This document shows positions 1-13,400 of a stretch of 64,000 nt of DNA, piece by piece. How positions within the stretch are numbered: position 1 is the stretch's first letter; each line of letters begins with the position of its first letter. A program made the translations under genes and the position numbers. The DNA comes from Eutreptiella sp. 'Long Island Sound 2002' (Eukaryota; Protista; Euglenida). The notes under the pieces were generated by a model. That model was not told where the DNA came from. It made no database searches and saw nothing but the letters and a program-made list of their open reading frames with translations. The stretch spans positions 193,254,001 to 193,318,000 of the forward strand of contig OZ038378.1 in NCBI GenBank assembly GCA_964036045.1, given 5' to 3'.

Positions 1-689
1 ATTTCACCACATTTGAGATATTTGGTGTTTTCAATATTGCTTTTAGCACATTTTGGTATGAGACGCGAAATTTCGCTTCCTTTTGGGTTTTGTGTGTTTT
101 GAGACTGTTTCCCACAGGGTATTGTTACATTGCTGCCACCTGTACCACTGATGTGCTATTCATTTTTTTGTGTGATCCAGACTCTCATGATTTTGACTGT
201 TACATTTTGCTGAGACTGTCTTGATGTGTGATTTCAGCTGCTCTGAGCAGAATTCCTAGATTTCCCCTTGCGGAGGCTAAAATTTGAGAATAACTGGTCC
301 GGAAACAAGCAAATCACCGCTGTCTATCAATGTGATCCTTGCCCAGAGCACCCTGATTTCCTCCAGGCCCCCACTGTCATGTCATCTGTACCCCCAAAAT
401 CAAACACCAATGTGCCTGTGGCCCTGGAGCCACCCGTATCATCACAACCCTCGCATGGGGTCCTCTGAGGGCCCCAGTCAGCGGAATTCGCACAGCCGGG
501 GGAACAAGAAGGCCATTGCGAAAACAGTCACACTAGCAGATGCCGTACAGAAGACAGTGGTGTTATCCCACAAGGTCCTGCGGGCGGATGTCAACCGCGA
601 GCATGGGCAAATCCGGAAGGTCAGCGAGACTAGACTAAAGCTGCGGCTGGAGGATTTGGCAAGGGTACCTCCCGTGGGGATCATCAAGG

Positions 690-3670
690 GATTACTGGTC
701 TGGCCTATACCACATCACAACAAGCCCTCCGCATGTCGATGCTTTTACATCAATACGGGGACGGTGCGCTGGTATGCCACCTGGACATTGCAAAAGCCTA
801 CCCCAGCATGCCCCATGAGTGCCTCACCTAAGGACTCCAGTTGATTGGAACCCCATCCCGCATCTACAACATGGTGGCTAGCATCTACGCGCACAGCACG
901 GGGGTGTACGGAGACGTCCGTTTTCCGTTGCGTCGTGGCATCAAGGAGGGGTGCCCCCTGTCCCCAGCCCTTTTTGTTCTAGTGTATGAGGCCTTCCACC
1001 AGACTCTCACTAGGGAATTTCCCAACAGCACCATACTGGCCTATGTCGACGACATCGCCATCATCTCCCCGAGCCAACGGGACATGCAGCACGTCCTGGA
1101 GCGCGTCAGTCAATTGTCTGCCATACTGGGCCTCAAGACGAACCCTTCAAAGACACAGGTGTACCGTTGGGCCCCACCCTCCCGCCGTCAGGGTGTGGCA
1201 CGACGAGAGTCCCCGACCAGGGACACCATCACGTGGGGCGATGCGCGATTGCCGCTGCAACCCCCTATCTTCCACTACCTCGGTCACCTCCTGGCACATC
1301 CGACCTGGGAACAAAAGGCACGTGATGACTTCGTGGGGACGGCCGCACCTGATCTAGCGCGATACCAATACCTGCCACTGAACGCTTTCGAGCGGGTGCA
1401 GCTGCTGAACACCATCTTGATCCCACGGTGGACGTACCGCACCTTGTTTCTCCCCAACGACTCAATGTTCAAAGCCATGGACTCCATGTGCTTGCGGTTT
1501 GTGCTTATGGCGGAGGGCATGGAACTCAATAAGGTCGACGTTCACAAATCATACAACGTCCTCCATGTCACTTCTCCTCACCGACTGGGCGGAATGGGGT
1601 TGCACCAACTGTTCTGGGCCCACAGGGCACGCTTCACCACAATGGTACAGAACACGTTACGTTCACGTCCGGGATCCATTGGCTGCAACCTTAGCAAAGA
1701 ATTGCCCTCCCGAGCGGTGCCTATTCGCAACTACTTGGCTATACTCACCCAGCTAGGTGCTCGCACTGCACTCCACATAGCACTTCCGCCGCGGCCGGCC
1801 GGGGGACCCAACCTCATCGACAGTGAAAGCTCCGATGACGGCGTCCTCTTGTTTGCCGCAAGGAGCAGGTGGGGGATGCCCTCCACACGCGCCACTACAT
1901 TGCCCCACACCGGTACCACGAAGACCCCTCGGCAGGCACGGTACCTGCGGGATACCACCCTGTCAACATCGCGGGCATTCCGTGCTACTCAAACAAGCAA
2001 CCGCCAACCGGAACGTCCCTATACTCCGATGGCAGCCTTCAAACAGTTCAGATTGCGGGCTTGGAATACCAAGCGGCGGGCGCAGCAGTAACAAAAGGGC
2101 CTCTTCGCATCCTCGCCCGGGTGGCGGGCCCACAACAGTCCTACAGGGCTGAAATGTACGGAGCAGCCATCGGCGCGGCCATTGCATCTGACGGTGACAC
2201 TCAATACATCGACAACATGGCCGTCACAAAATGCGCACACCGCCGACCCACGCACGAATGTTCTGACGCTGACATCCGCCACAAAGTGTGTGACCAAGTG
2301 CAGCACAAACGCGTCGCCGCGGAGTGGATCCCCAGCCACCGCCTTGAGACGGAGGCCCGTAACGCGCAAGAACGCGAACAAATTTGACACAATGGGGAAG
2401 TAGACCTGCTCGCCAAGATGGCCACGCGCCTACCCGTGCCGGATTACGACCCCCAGCGCCCCGAAGATATTGCAATGTGCGGCGGGCCCGCCCCCACTCC
2501 GGCGCGGAAATGGATCCTCCAACGGAGGCGCGTTGTCACTTTCGACGGTGCGCACTGGGTATCCTGGCTGCCGATGCGCGGGGACCGACGTATGCTCTGG
2601 GTTAAATGGCTTTGGGGTCAGGTACGATGGGATGGGACGGGTGCGCCGTGGGACCATACCAACCCCAAATGCCCCATATGTCCCCTCCACCACGGTACCA
2701 CTGTCCACAAACGACTCATCCACTGCATGCGTTGGAAAGTCGCATTTCGCAACATGTGGCTTAGCACTTGGGGACCATGGCAAGATACGGTGACGGAATG
2801 GTGGAACAGGGCGTCAGCGGCAGACCTACACCATGTTTCCTGCCTTCGCATACCACAGTCCCTATGGGACCACATCCCCCGAACAATGCGGGTAGACCTC
2901 AGGGAGCGTGTGGCCTGGCACCAGTACCACGCCCTACATGGCGTATGCCAACTGCGCGGCCAACTCACCATGCCCCCCCGTGACCCACAGGTGCCGCCCA
3001 CGCCCTCCACGGCGGTGCCGGCATGGTACACAAAGCTGCGCTTACGAGCTGTACGACCGAACCCCACGGACTCTATCCTCCGCAATCAAGTAGGGTATAC
3101 AGGGCCCCGGGAGAGAACACAGCGGCAGGATGGCCGCGCCTCTCAAGAGACGTCCCACCGTAGAGCTGCGCACATGGGACCGGCCGCAATCGTACTACAC
3201 CAGGTCATGGGCGGTAAAATATCTCGACCAGTGCCTCTGTCCCACTGCCGCGGACCCAGGGGCGCAACACGTAGCTTCGGCAATGCAGTATCTGGCCCAG
3301 CCTTGGTTTCTGCATCAACGTGCCGTTCTCGGGGCCTCACTGATGGTTTCATACCGCGACATGCTAGAGGATCTGGTGCGGCAATCACGGCACTGGCACA
3401 CCCTCCTGCGGCGTGCTAGAGTGTGGACCACCTCCGCAGACCAGCACTACCAGCGGCATGACCGAAGGGTCCAGCTCTTTTCGGTGATGAGCCAGTTGTG
3501 GGCATCCGAGCGCGCGGTCCACTGGGTGGAGCCCCCTCTACCTAAACGCCACTGCCGCACAAGACCCGGCATCCTGGGCCAACGCCCGCCACCAGACATG
3601 GCCCCTACAAAGCGACGAAAGCTTGTCACTCTTGAAGACCTGTGGGGAATGGCACACACGTGATGCAGCA
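690..3670 (+). mobile_element. Decayed, 5'-truncated non-LTR (LINE) retrotransposon: reverse transcriptase + RNase H + CCHC zinc finger
   Basis: RT motifs LDIAKAYPSMPH (781-816), RGIKEGCPLSPALF, AYVDDI (~1040), GLKTNPSKT and FHYLG. RNase H residues LYSDGS, RAEMYG, YIDNMAV, WIPSH and NGEVDLLAK (~2005-2420). Zinc finger CPICPLHHGTTVHKRLIHC (~2670-2730). Disrupted by an in-frame TAA (829-831), a TGA (2385-2387) and frameshifts near 1865 and 3120. Confidence 0.92.
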
Positions 3671-4495
3671 TGTTTAACCCCCTTAAATCTTACGCATTAT
3701 AGGCTTGCCATATGGCGTGGCGGTTTTGCCTACCGCAACAGAGAGCCCTCTGTTATACGCATGTGAACTCTGGGTCTTTGCCATGTGCCCCGCTTTGCGG
3801 GGATCCACTGTATCATATGCTGGAGACGCCCACTTTCCCAAGCACAGTCTTGAGTACTCTTTGAACTTCTGGAGTCGGTCACAAAAAAAAAATTAAAATG
3901 GGGGTGTATTTCACCATACATCAGTGTACTGTTTCACAGTGTGTCATCTCCACACAACAGAACCCCTTCTGTGGACAATGCAATTTGTCCTTGAGTGCTA
4001 TTTCTTTGGATTTGAATGCCTGTTTTGCATGATTTGCCGTGTCCTCAATTGCAGGCAAAATGGTCCAATTGGACAATATGGGGTATGATTTCAGCAAAAA
4101 ATTTCATACGTTGTGCGCTGTGTGCAATTAGGGGGTAGTAATTCACCATTTTTTTCACCCCATGAATGTCCTTCATTTCGCAGACCCCCCCCCCCCACCC
4201 CCCCGGGCAATTAAGGCCGCCTAAGATTTTCCAGACACCAAACCAACCATGCCAACAGTGGGAAAACGCCACTTGGGGTCACAAGGCCCAAGCAACCAAT
4301 CACAAAACTCCACATTACTGTTTTATGAGCTTTGCACATTGGTTGAGCTGTTGAGTGGCACCATCCTTTTCTTAAATTTACACTTTTTTGAAGGAAATTT
4401 ACGCCACTTTTGGGAAAAATTACACCAATTTGCACAAGGTGGGGGCCAGGGGCCAAACGCACTATAAACCCCCGTAAATCCCCGGCTTGGGACTA

Positions 4496-7400
4496 CTATC
4501 TGTGTATTCCCCGTTTCCATTGGAACTAAGTCATTCCTGACCCGGGTATTCCTGATCCGCAGTTTAGCCGGATCCGGTAGAAGCTGTACACACGAGGAAA
4601 ACAGAGTTGCGCTTTGAGAATTTTTGTCCTTCCTCATCGATTCCTCCGAAACCCACCCTTCTTGATGTTTGAATTCGTGAGGACATTTTGGGGCTTGGGG
4701 ACGAGGATTTTTTTTTGGGGACAGGAAAGCGCATAAAGCTGACTAATTTTTCCGGTTTGTCGTGTCAATTGGTTGTATTGAGCAAAAGCCGGTTACTCCC
4801 TGTGCATTGGGAAACACATTCCTTTCCACCCTTGATGACCAGCCGCCAGCCCCTCTTTTTTTTTGTGGCGAAAACAAGGAATGGAGCTTATTGTCGGCAA
4901 GGATGCCGCTAATCATAGGGGATGTATTTCAATGCATCGTCACCGGTGGCTGCTGAACAGTCCCTCATAACGACATTTTCTAAAACGATTTTGGAATCAT
5001 TTCGCTGACAGGGAGCAAGCTACCGTCCTTCGTCGTTTGCAACATGGCAAAGGGAACCTTTGTACATTCAAAGACGAGTCCGTGTTGAACGGATGGATGC
5101 CTGATCCATTCATGTTTGGCAGTCGAATTTTATGTACCTTTTTCATTTCGCCAGATCCGGTAAAAGGTGTTCAAATTCTTCCCTGTTTGCCAATGATGTT
5201 TCCCTGCATTTCCTGGAGTGGCTGGAATTGGTAACTGCAATATTCTATCATTTTGGAAGCAGCTTTGACACCATCCCCAGCAAATCAGCCAACGCATATC
5301 CCTTGGTGGATTCGAAGGACATGTCGGCAAAAGAGCTACTAAACCCCTGAAGAAGGTCTCGTTCACGTCATGTCGTATGATGGTTTTGTGCAACTAGTTT
5401 CTAAGACCATTGGAAGTTGTAGAGTACACAAGACAAATATAATGTAATGCAATGCAAATTTACCATACCGGATCCGGCAATCCCCCAAGTACCGTCTTCG
5501 GTCACTTGATTTGCATGACTCCTATGATCAGGAAGAAGCCTTGCCTGTTGCATGCTCACTTGTTGCACCACTTCCTGTGAACCCGTGAAGAAGAAAACAA
5601 GAACGTGAGCTGTTTAACCTACCAGAAGGAATCTATCCCCCGCAACACGCGATTTCCCCCCTTGTCTTCACCTCCCGGTCACACGTACCTCTTTGTTAGG
5701 GACTGCAGAGAAAATGTCCCCAAGTCTAGGATGAAGCTCTTCCGCAACCCAGCGTGCCCTTGTTGGTGCACCTTCGCTAAGCGCGCACGGTTTTGGGGGG
5801 GGCAGACGTCGTTGTGTATGGACAATGCATTACCGAAGGTTTAAGTAAAAGGAGTGATGCACTCTTTTGCAATACCGATAGGTCATTCCAACATAGAACT
5901 CACCTAATGAGGCTATGCACAACACCTTGATCATGATCTTTTTGCCGGATGCAGTGAAAATTAATGCTCTTGCATACGAACATGTTTCTCTTTTCACAAG
6001 GACAACATTGGAATGTGCCAATTGTTTTAGACTACACAGAGCGACACAGTGTCAGGTCACAAATCAGATCAGGTTTCATTGCGTTCTCAACTGTATTTTT
6101 GGTGCTTCCGCGATACACAATGCTTTCCCCAAAATTGAAGTCCGTCGTTTGTGCAACGCTATTGTTCATATGCCTTTCTTTCCCAAACTATGTGATTGGC
6201 ATGCATGCATACATTGTTACTGCCCTTCCGTGGTGTTATCTTTCCCGCCCCTACATGTAGTTTGCTCTTGTAGATGTCATAGAGGACCACCGCATTTATA
6301 CCACTACCTGCCCCCCCCCCCCCCTTGCAAACTCCCCCCCCTTGCAATCTCCCCCCCCCCCACCTGGGAGACCGTCACTTCCATGTTTTTCTAGTTAACA
6401 TGTATTGTGCTGGTTTGTGTTGCCCATCTGCTTTACGCATGGCCTTGCATTGCTTTTCCATTACTTCAAATCAAGCACCTGTGTGTGTTCTGTGATATTC
6501 TCTCTCCAAAGGCGTTGTATGGGTGTGTTGTGTTGCTACTTCAGACCCAAGATGTTCACTCCGGTGGATCATGAGAGTGCTCAACTCTCAAGGCTAGAGG
6601 CTGTGGCGGTTGAATCACCCAAGTCTCCAAAGTCACTGGATGTTACCCCCATGGCTCCGCAACCCCAAACACCGGCACAGCCCACACACGTACCCAGAAG
6701 TTCTTTACCGTTCCTTTGGATCCTCAATAACATTTGTGTTGGATGAAGCACATTGGCATCAACGCGAAAGTCGCTTCACACGTGTTCTCTTTGCTTGCAT
6801 CAATGGAGGGTACCATACTTTGCCTTGAAATACCCTTACAATCTCCCCCCCCCCCGGGACTTGGCGACCGTCTCCCCCCCCTACCCGGGAGACCGTCGCG
6901 CGCTAACCCGGGAGTTTGCAAGGGGGGCGGGGGGTACAATACGTATAGACATATATACATTATGCATGTTACATACTGAGTACGGTATATTGAATGGTAC
7001 GCGTAATACATATCTGAAAGGTTATGTTTTTAAGCCCATTCAAACATCAATGCAGCGGTATTTCAACTACATTACGGGTTAGGACCTTACACTTTCGCTG
7101 GATCCGGGTAAAAATACACTTGAGTGAATTCAACACATAAGAGCACTGGACATGTGTATGAATATGTCACATGCTATGAGATGGGTCACCTACAACGGCA
7201 ATGTTACAGTGAAACATACACAGTCCAGAATATACAGTACAATATGAATACGGGGATAGCATACACGGAACCTGATTATTTTAACGGATATCCGCCGTTT
7301 GAACGGATCCGGCGAAACATTGTCTGTTACCGTAGTGTCTGACAAATGTGCTTTTTGAGAAAACGATAGAAGGCAAAAACTGGAAAATTCTTTTCAAATG

Positions 7401-7547
7401 TCGAGATCACCCAAATACTCCTCTTTTGAGCAGGAAAAACGGGGGAAAATTTCTGGAAAAAACATCCGGTCAAACAAAAAATCAACCTCCTTGTGTGGGT
7501 TTCGTGGCTCTGGGACTGCCTGGTACGCATTGACTACCCCAAGATAG
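4496..7547. mobile_element. Possible AT-rich DNA-transposon relic (TA-flanked, 6-bp TIR, internal GGATCCGG motifs)
   Basis: TA|CTATCT at 4494-4501 and AGATAG|TA at 7542-7549. CCGGATCCGG or partial copies at 4568, 5154, 5468, 7100 and 7304. No recognisable transposase motif. Confidence 0.3.
6304..6936. mobile_element. MITE-like element with poly-C/poly-G terminal inverted repeats
   Basis: CCCCCCTTGCAAACTCCC (~6319-6336) is the reverse complement of GGGAGTTTGCAAGGGGGG (6910-6927). Internal direct repeat AATCTCCCC...GGGAGACCGTC at ~6346 and ~6841. TA on both outer flanks. Confidence 0.6.
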
Positions 7548-8300
7548 TACTGCCCTGCAGTGTGATGTTTGCATGATGAAGCAGTACACGGCTGTACCGA
7601 TGTATCGTATGGAGCAATGCATGTTGTGGCAGGGGAGTCAATTCAAAACCAAAGTGTCGCAAGAAATTTATGTTTTGATCCCTGCTTAGATCTTTTCTGA
7701 TTTAAGCCCACCCACCCACCCGCAGGCCGGGTCGGGACTCTCCTCACCCCACCCACCCACCCACCCACGGGCTGTGGCACCCTGAGGCACAAGTGCAGCA
7801 CTGGCGCCTTCCAGTCATGGCATGACCCACCAGTGTCGTGCGCGTCTTCTGCTGTGCAGGCAGGGAGAGGCAGACCTGGCCGACCTGGACGAGTGCTGCC
7901 GACCGCGAGTCAGCACTGGGCACCTGCGTGCGCAGGTTCCTGACTGGGGACCCGGCTGTGCGGTCGGCCCCATAGCGGCCCATGCCGTGCGGCATGGACG
8001 GCGACAGTGCGGGGCCAGGGGGGGGGGGGGGTTCGCGGAGCGTCGCACAGGGTGTTGCACTTGCTGCGGTATTGTGCCACCCTGGCCCGGCCGGGACCAC
8101 GGGCAACTGCCTCCTGCGGGAGGTGGGACCTGGCGTTGACACCATGACACCACGGGCTGGGTGTGTCTATTCGTATTTCTACGGAGGCACAGGCAGTACA
8201 CTGCAGCATGGTGAAGCAGTACACGGCCGTCCCGATGATTGTATCATATTGAGCAGTGCATGTTGCGGTAGGGGAGTTAAATCAAAACAGTATTTCCACA
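7548..8300. repeat. Diverged ~110-bp direct repeats flanking a GC-rich ~530-bp core
   Basis: GCATG(A/G)TGAAGCAGTACACGGC...GAGCA(A/G)TGCATGTTG...GGGGAGT at ~7570-7650 and ~8205-8290. Confidence 0.55.
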
Positions 8301-9835
8301 ACACAGCAGAGCAAGTAGTTCTGCCAGTCACTACAGATTGAAGGGTTGGGTGGGCTTTCAGAGTTCCACCAGTCGATACACTCAAAAAGGTTTTTGGGCT
8401 GTTGATCAGGGACTAGGTCACATTCCATGCCCTCTGAAATATTGCATGGCGCTGTGTGTGCACTAAAAAAAAGAGTGTGCTAAAGATAAAGACTGCCAGG
8501 CAGCAGCGTATCAACGTATGCTCTGGGGAGGAGTTCTGGTTTGCACGGTTCAGGGGATGGGGACACCGCTCGCCTGGGCATGCCAGTCTTGTGCGTCAAC
8601 TGAACTGGCGACTTCCTCTGCTTCTTGCAGTTCTCATGGCTGTTGCAGAGGCTCCATTCTATCCAGGCTTGGGCTGCTTTGGCACAGATCAGAGAGGGGG
8701 CAGTGGGAGGAGGAGCGAGACTTAAGTGTCTTTGCAGGCACCACCACGTACTCTGTGTTGTGTTCCGCACATGTTGTATTGCGCACAAACCCTGGTGTAG
8801 TGTTCCACAACCCTGGGCACACCCTCCCTTGTATGCCATCCTCCAAAAGGTATGATGTGGTAATACTGGTCCCAAAACAATCAATTGTGGGCACAGCGGA
8901 GGCTGTACATACCGAGAAAAATGTAATTTAGCCTAGGAACACACGCAGGCAGGTAAGGGGAACAGCTGGACATGGCTTCACAACCTCCCCATGGGGCTCG
9001 GCGGTTCGCATCACTGTGGTCACAAAATTTTTCAAAAGAAAGCATAGCATACCTTCCCAGTTATAAGTTTGTGTTGGCAGCATGAATGCATGCACACGAA
9101 CTGCTTTGTATTCTGTACCCTAGTGTTCCTGTATTGGGAAAATGTATCGGCAAAATCAGAAACTGAATGAAAGTCAGCTGCTGAAATGTGGGCTTGGTTG
9201 TATGCAGCACACACGCCATTCTGCAAGATGCCACCCAGAACATCCTTGCACAGCTGAAATAGGGCCCCGGGGGCATCTTTTTTTTGTTGGTGTGGCATAC
9301 CTTGGGCTAAATACCAGATCGCTTACCAACAAAGCAAAGTGTGCACATGGCGCGCTCAGGGCCAACACGGACACAAATGACGCAGCACAATGGAGCTCTG
9401 AGGGACTCCACTAACGATCCCGTGATTGGAACGAACCTGTGCATGTGGTTCTGATAGAGCCACACGATGAACCACCAAGGAAGAGGCCCAAGCAGGACCA
9501 TCAGAGCTTAGGAATAAGGGAGAGCCCACCGGATGCGTGTGTGGCTGTGTGGGGGCAGCTAGTGTTGATTTGGGTTGAACGGGGGCACCAACCTTGTTGC
9601 TGTACATCTATCTACTGTACCTTCTTCTGGACTTGGCCGACTCCACCTTACGGTGCACGCCTCTGGCATAGGTTCGCCATGTAGTTTAGGAATGCTGTAC
9701 ATATGGACTCAACGAACACTGTTCTTCATTACAAAATAAAAAGGGACTCCGAGGGGCTCTGCTCATTGTCACCATCGAGTCAACTACGGCTCATTGCAGA
9801 CAACCAGTGGTCAGTGTGGGTTTGCTCTGTGACTC

Positions 9836-9865
9836 TGCCTTGCCGCCCTTCGCTCTGCCTCTCAG
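9836..9865 (+). promoter_or_regulatory. Pyrimidine tract + AG upstream of the first ATG (candidate spliced-leader trans-splice acceptor)
   Basis: CTGCCTTGCCGCCCTTCGCTCTGCCTCTCAG ends 47 nt before ATG 9913. Euglenozoan mRNAs are SL trans-spliced (established). Further AGs at 9885 and 9910 are alternatives. Confidence 0.3.
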
Positions 9866-9912
9866 CTGTGTGTCTTTTTTGCTGAGCCTCTGGTGTTGCC
9901 GTCTGGTGCAGT

Positions 9913-10490
9913 ATGGGGCGCACTGCTGCCGGGTGCGCGCTGAAGGATGAGTGCACCCACCTGCGACCACTGCACCCCGGCACCCGTCCCCAACCCCACA
10001 TCTGCAGCTTTCACCTCATAGCCCTCGCCGCTGTGGCGTTTGGCGTTGCCTTCTACGCAAGCCTGCTCCTCCGCAGTCCTGTAGGTCCAGCAGCTCCACC
10101 CGCCGCTCCAGCCTTCCATTTTGCGAGAGTCAGCAGGACCACCCAGCCCGACGGCATGGGGTCCGCTCAAAACATTGCGACCCGAACCCCCACCGTGGGA
10201 TCCGCTCATCCCATTGCGATGGAACACGAATTTGGCCCGCGAGCGACAGGCAACCGCCGGACGCAAGCGCGGTCGGGCGCGCACGCGGCAGCCAGCCCCG
10301 TGGCAGATGGCCCGCGCGTGGGGCTGCAGGCGTTCGGTGCAGTGCTGCCCTCTCCGACGCGTTTGGTTGAGGGCGTGTTGCTGGCCGTGGGGGCCCTCGT
10401 CCCAGCGTTGTGGTTGGTCTTGCGCCGCCGGATTCCCCCACTGCAACGCCCGGTTCTGCCGGCGGAGGCCCAGTGGAGAATGGCTGCGCT
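9913..10490 (+). other. Euglenid class-I plastid-targeting presequence (signal TM - transit peptide - stop-transfer TM - basic residues)
   Basis: TM1 HLIALAAVAFGVAFYASLLL; then ~95 aa rich in A/P/S/T/R; TM2 VLLAVGALVPALWLVL followed directly by RRR; then ...QWRMAA. Confidence 0.8.
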
Positions 10491-13400
10491 GGTGGAGGAC
10501 TCTGCCGCGTCCTCACCACGTCGTTTTGCGTTCAAGGTCAGTCGCAGAGGCTGTGCTGCGCTGTGGCTGTCCTGCGGCTTTGAGATGCCCCGTACTTTGG
10601 CAACACGTTGCTGTGCAGGTGGGGGGGGGGGGCAGGAACTTGAAGCGCAGCCCACCCGCATTTGTACGCTGGGAGCCCAAGCTAAATTGCACAGCACTGG
10701 GGTAGCACTCTGGAGCCACGCCAGGGGTAGACACCATGTAGCACACACAGGAGAAGTTTCTGCCCTGGAGAAATAAAAAAGCAGTGGAGCCACTACGGCA
10801 AGCCCAAAGCGCCATGGCCACTGCGTACAGAGGGACCCTGAGGGCACCTACTCTGTCGACCCCCCCTGTGGGGAGAGAGGCGGTGGGGGCTCTGTTGGGG
10901 GGCCAGGGGCCAAAGTGTGTCTGTGTACCAAAAAATACATGAGAAGTGTGTGCAAGGTGCAGCCAGCACAGACGGTAAAGAGAAGACAAGTACTACATAT
11001 AATAAATACAAAGAGACGAAAGAAAGACATTGATGAAGACACATGCCATTGGCATAGGAGGTGAAACTGTGTTGGCACGAAGAGGACCAGGGCATTATAG
11101 GAGCAAGCATCTCTTGATTCTAGTTCTCTTTTGAGGATCGTTTCAGCTCCCATACTCGGGCTCCACCGTGTGACACGTGGGATCGTGTGGTATGGCAATT
11201 TTCCCATTGCGTTTGCAGGTGCCAGACTTTTTTTTTTTACTATGGCTCCACATAGAAAAAAGGGAGGCGGAAAGGCGCAGACGAAGAGCACAGAAGACAC
11301 GCAGATGCTGCGGAAAAGGAGGCGGAGGGAGACATGCGATGAGCCTGCGGCCACTTGGAGCGATTCACGGTCGGTGTGCTACTTGATAATGTCGGACGGA
11401 GCGCACGTTGCAACCGTTGGGTTGCATGCATCGCGCCGAGTTTTGTGCAGAGGGACTGCATAACACCCCTTCGATTGTGCTACGGGGTACGGTAGTAGGT
11501 GATGCGGCCTCGCGCTCGCACCCCTGTCATCTAGGGGTCCCCAAAGCGAGGAAGACATGTGGCCACATGACCCCCGGCATTTTGGAGTCCCCAAAAGCAG
11601 GGAGAACACAAACAGCTACGCAATCAAAACTGTATTTTGGGATCGAGCTCATGAGCAAGGCGCACGGTGCAAGTGCCCCCCCCCCCCCCCCAAGTCACCA
11701 CACCAAAGCACATGATAGCAGCAGCGTTGGACATCGCACCAGCCAACCCCATTCTCATTCCTTCACTACTGAGTTCGTGGGTAGACTTTGTAAAGGACGT
11801 TTGTGTCGTATCTATGAGGCTCACATCAGAGTTTAGATGTTTGGTTTTCTTTGTTGTAGGCCGAGGAAAGTCTAGGGACCCGTTCGAGGGACAGACGCCA
11901 TTGGCATAGTGTAGCAGAACTCTAATGCCGTCTGCACCAACCTCCGATCTGGGACAGTCTCAAAGCTTCATTGGACGCAAGGTTGGGTAGATAATAAAAA
12001 AGGAAAATTTTAGGGATCTAGTTTGGCAGTTGGCGGTCAACCGCTGGCAGTTCCTTTTTATGACAGGATACCATGTGTGAAAGAAGCTGGGGCGATTGAA
12101 GTTGAGATGTTATGGCAACAATGCTCCCCCACACCAGCATGCGACTTGGCATGTCTACCAGGTCAAATGCACACCTCGGAGCTTCCTGTCGGCTCTGGTT
12201 TATCTGCTGGGGCTGGCTCTGGCGAGTGCGTGTGCAGTTGTCAGATACTAGAGGCAGTCGGAGGGTGCAGCACAAGGACGGCAGGAGGGCAGCAGGAAGG
12301 TGGCAGTGGAGCGGGCACGGGGGCGGCAGGAGGGCCAAGGGGCGCGGCAGTAGCACGAGGGTTGCAGGAGCGTGGCAGGAGGGTAGCCGAAACGGCGGCA
12401 GCAGGGCACAAAGGCCTTGGGTTTCCCCAAATGCACACCGACCGGAAGGGAAGTGTGTGTGGGGGGGGGGGGGGGGGTATGGTGAGGACGTTGGGGGCCA
12501 AGCGCGCATGTTGGCGCTGCTGTCGGGTGCAGGGGCCCAAGCCAACCGGCAAGTGGAAAATCGTGTGCGGCATCTTGCATGTGGAACAAGGTGCTGCCCG
12601 TGAGGAAGCGGATCAAACTGGCATGTGCAGCTTCATCGCAGCGGTGGAGTAGACTCTGTCGGTCCATTGTATTCACGGGTATTCCTCGGAGCGTTGCCTC
12701 AACTACTGTCCCTCAAGGGATGTCCCGGCAGCCCCCCCCCCCCCCTGCCTCTCCCCCTCACACTTGACAGGTGCGACGCTCTGCAGTGCTGACCTCCCGG
12801 GCCCCTGGGGCGTCATCCCGGGCCCCTCCGTCAACGTCCCAAGTCCCCGGAGGCTGCGCGTGCGCTGCCCCGGGGGCGACGGTGCATCCGGCCGGGTCGC
12901 CATCAACGCGAACATTTCGGATCGGAGACGTGGTGGCGCACTGCGTCACCGACGGGGCCGTCACTTGCGAGGCCGCGTGGATGTTCAACCGCGACGAGGA
13001 GCGCGTGACGGCACAAGAGATTGCCAAGGCCTTTCCGAACGGCATTGCGGGTGTGCCATTGCTCGTGAGCGGAGGATGGGGTGTGAGGGTTGCGCACAGG
13101 CCATTGCTTAGTGTGGCGGACAACCTACCCCCCGGGGGAGGGGGGGGGCACACAGCCCCCCTTGCCACCACGGAGGCGCGCACGACACCCGCGTCAACCA
13201 CAAAGGAGCGCACGTCACCCGCGGAGGTGCGCACAACACCCGCGGAAACCATGAACGTGTGCGCAATGGCGCGGGCACCGCGCGGCGAGGTGGAGTAATT
13301 GGGCCCCACGCACGTGGCAGCGTGGGGAGGCAGGTGGCGGACGACCAGGAGAACACGTGGAGGGGTCGAGCAATTGGGCCTCGCGCACACGGAAACGTGG

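Noticed and set aside
1860-1875. Programmed frameshift between RT and RNase H
   Set aside because: The element also carries nonsense codons and another frameshift, so simple decay at a G run is more parsimonious.
8456-8931. Possible terminal exons of an upstream gene (acceptor-like CTTCTTGCAG at ~8620-8630)
   Set aside because: No recognisable protein and no consistent exon chain.
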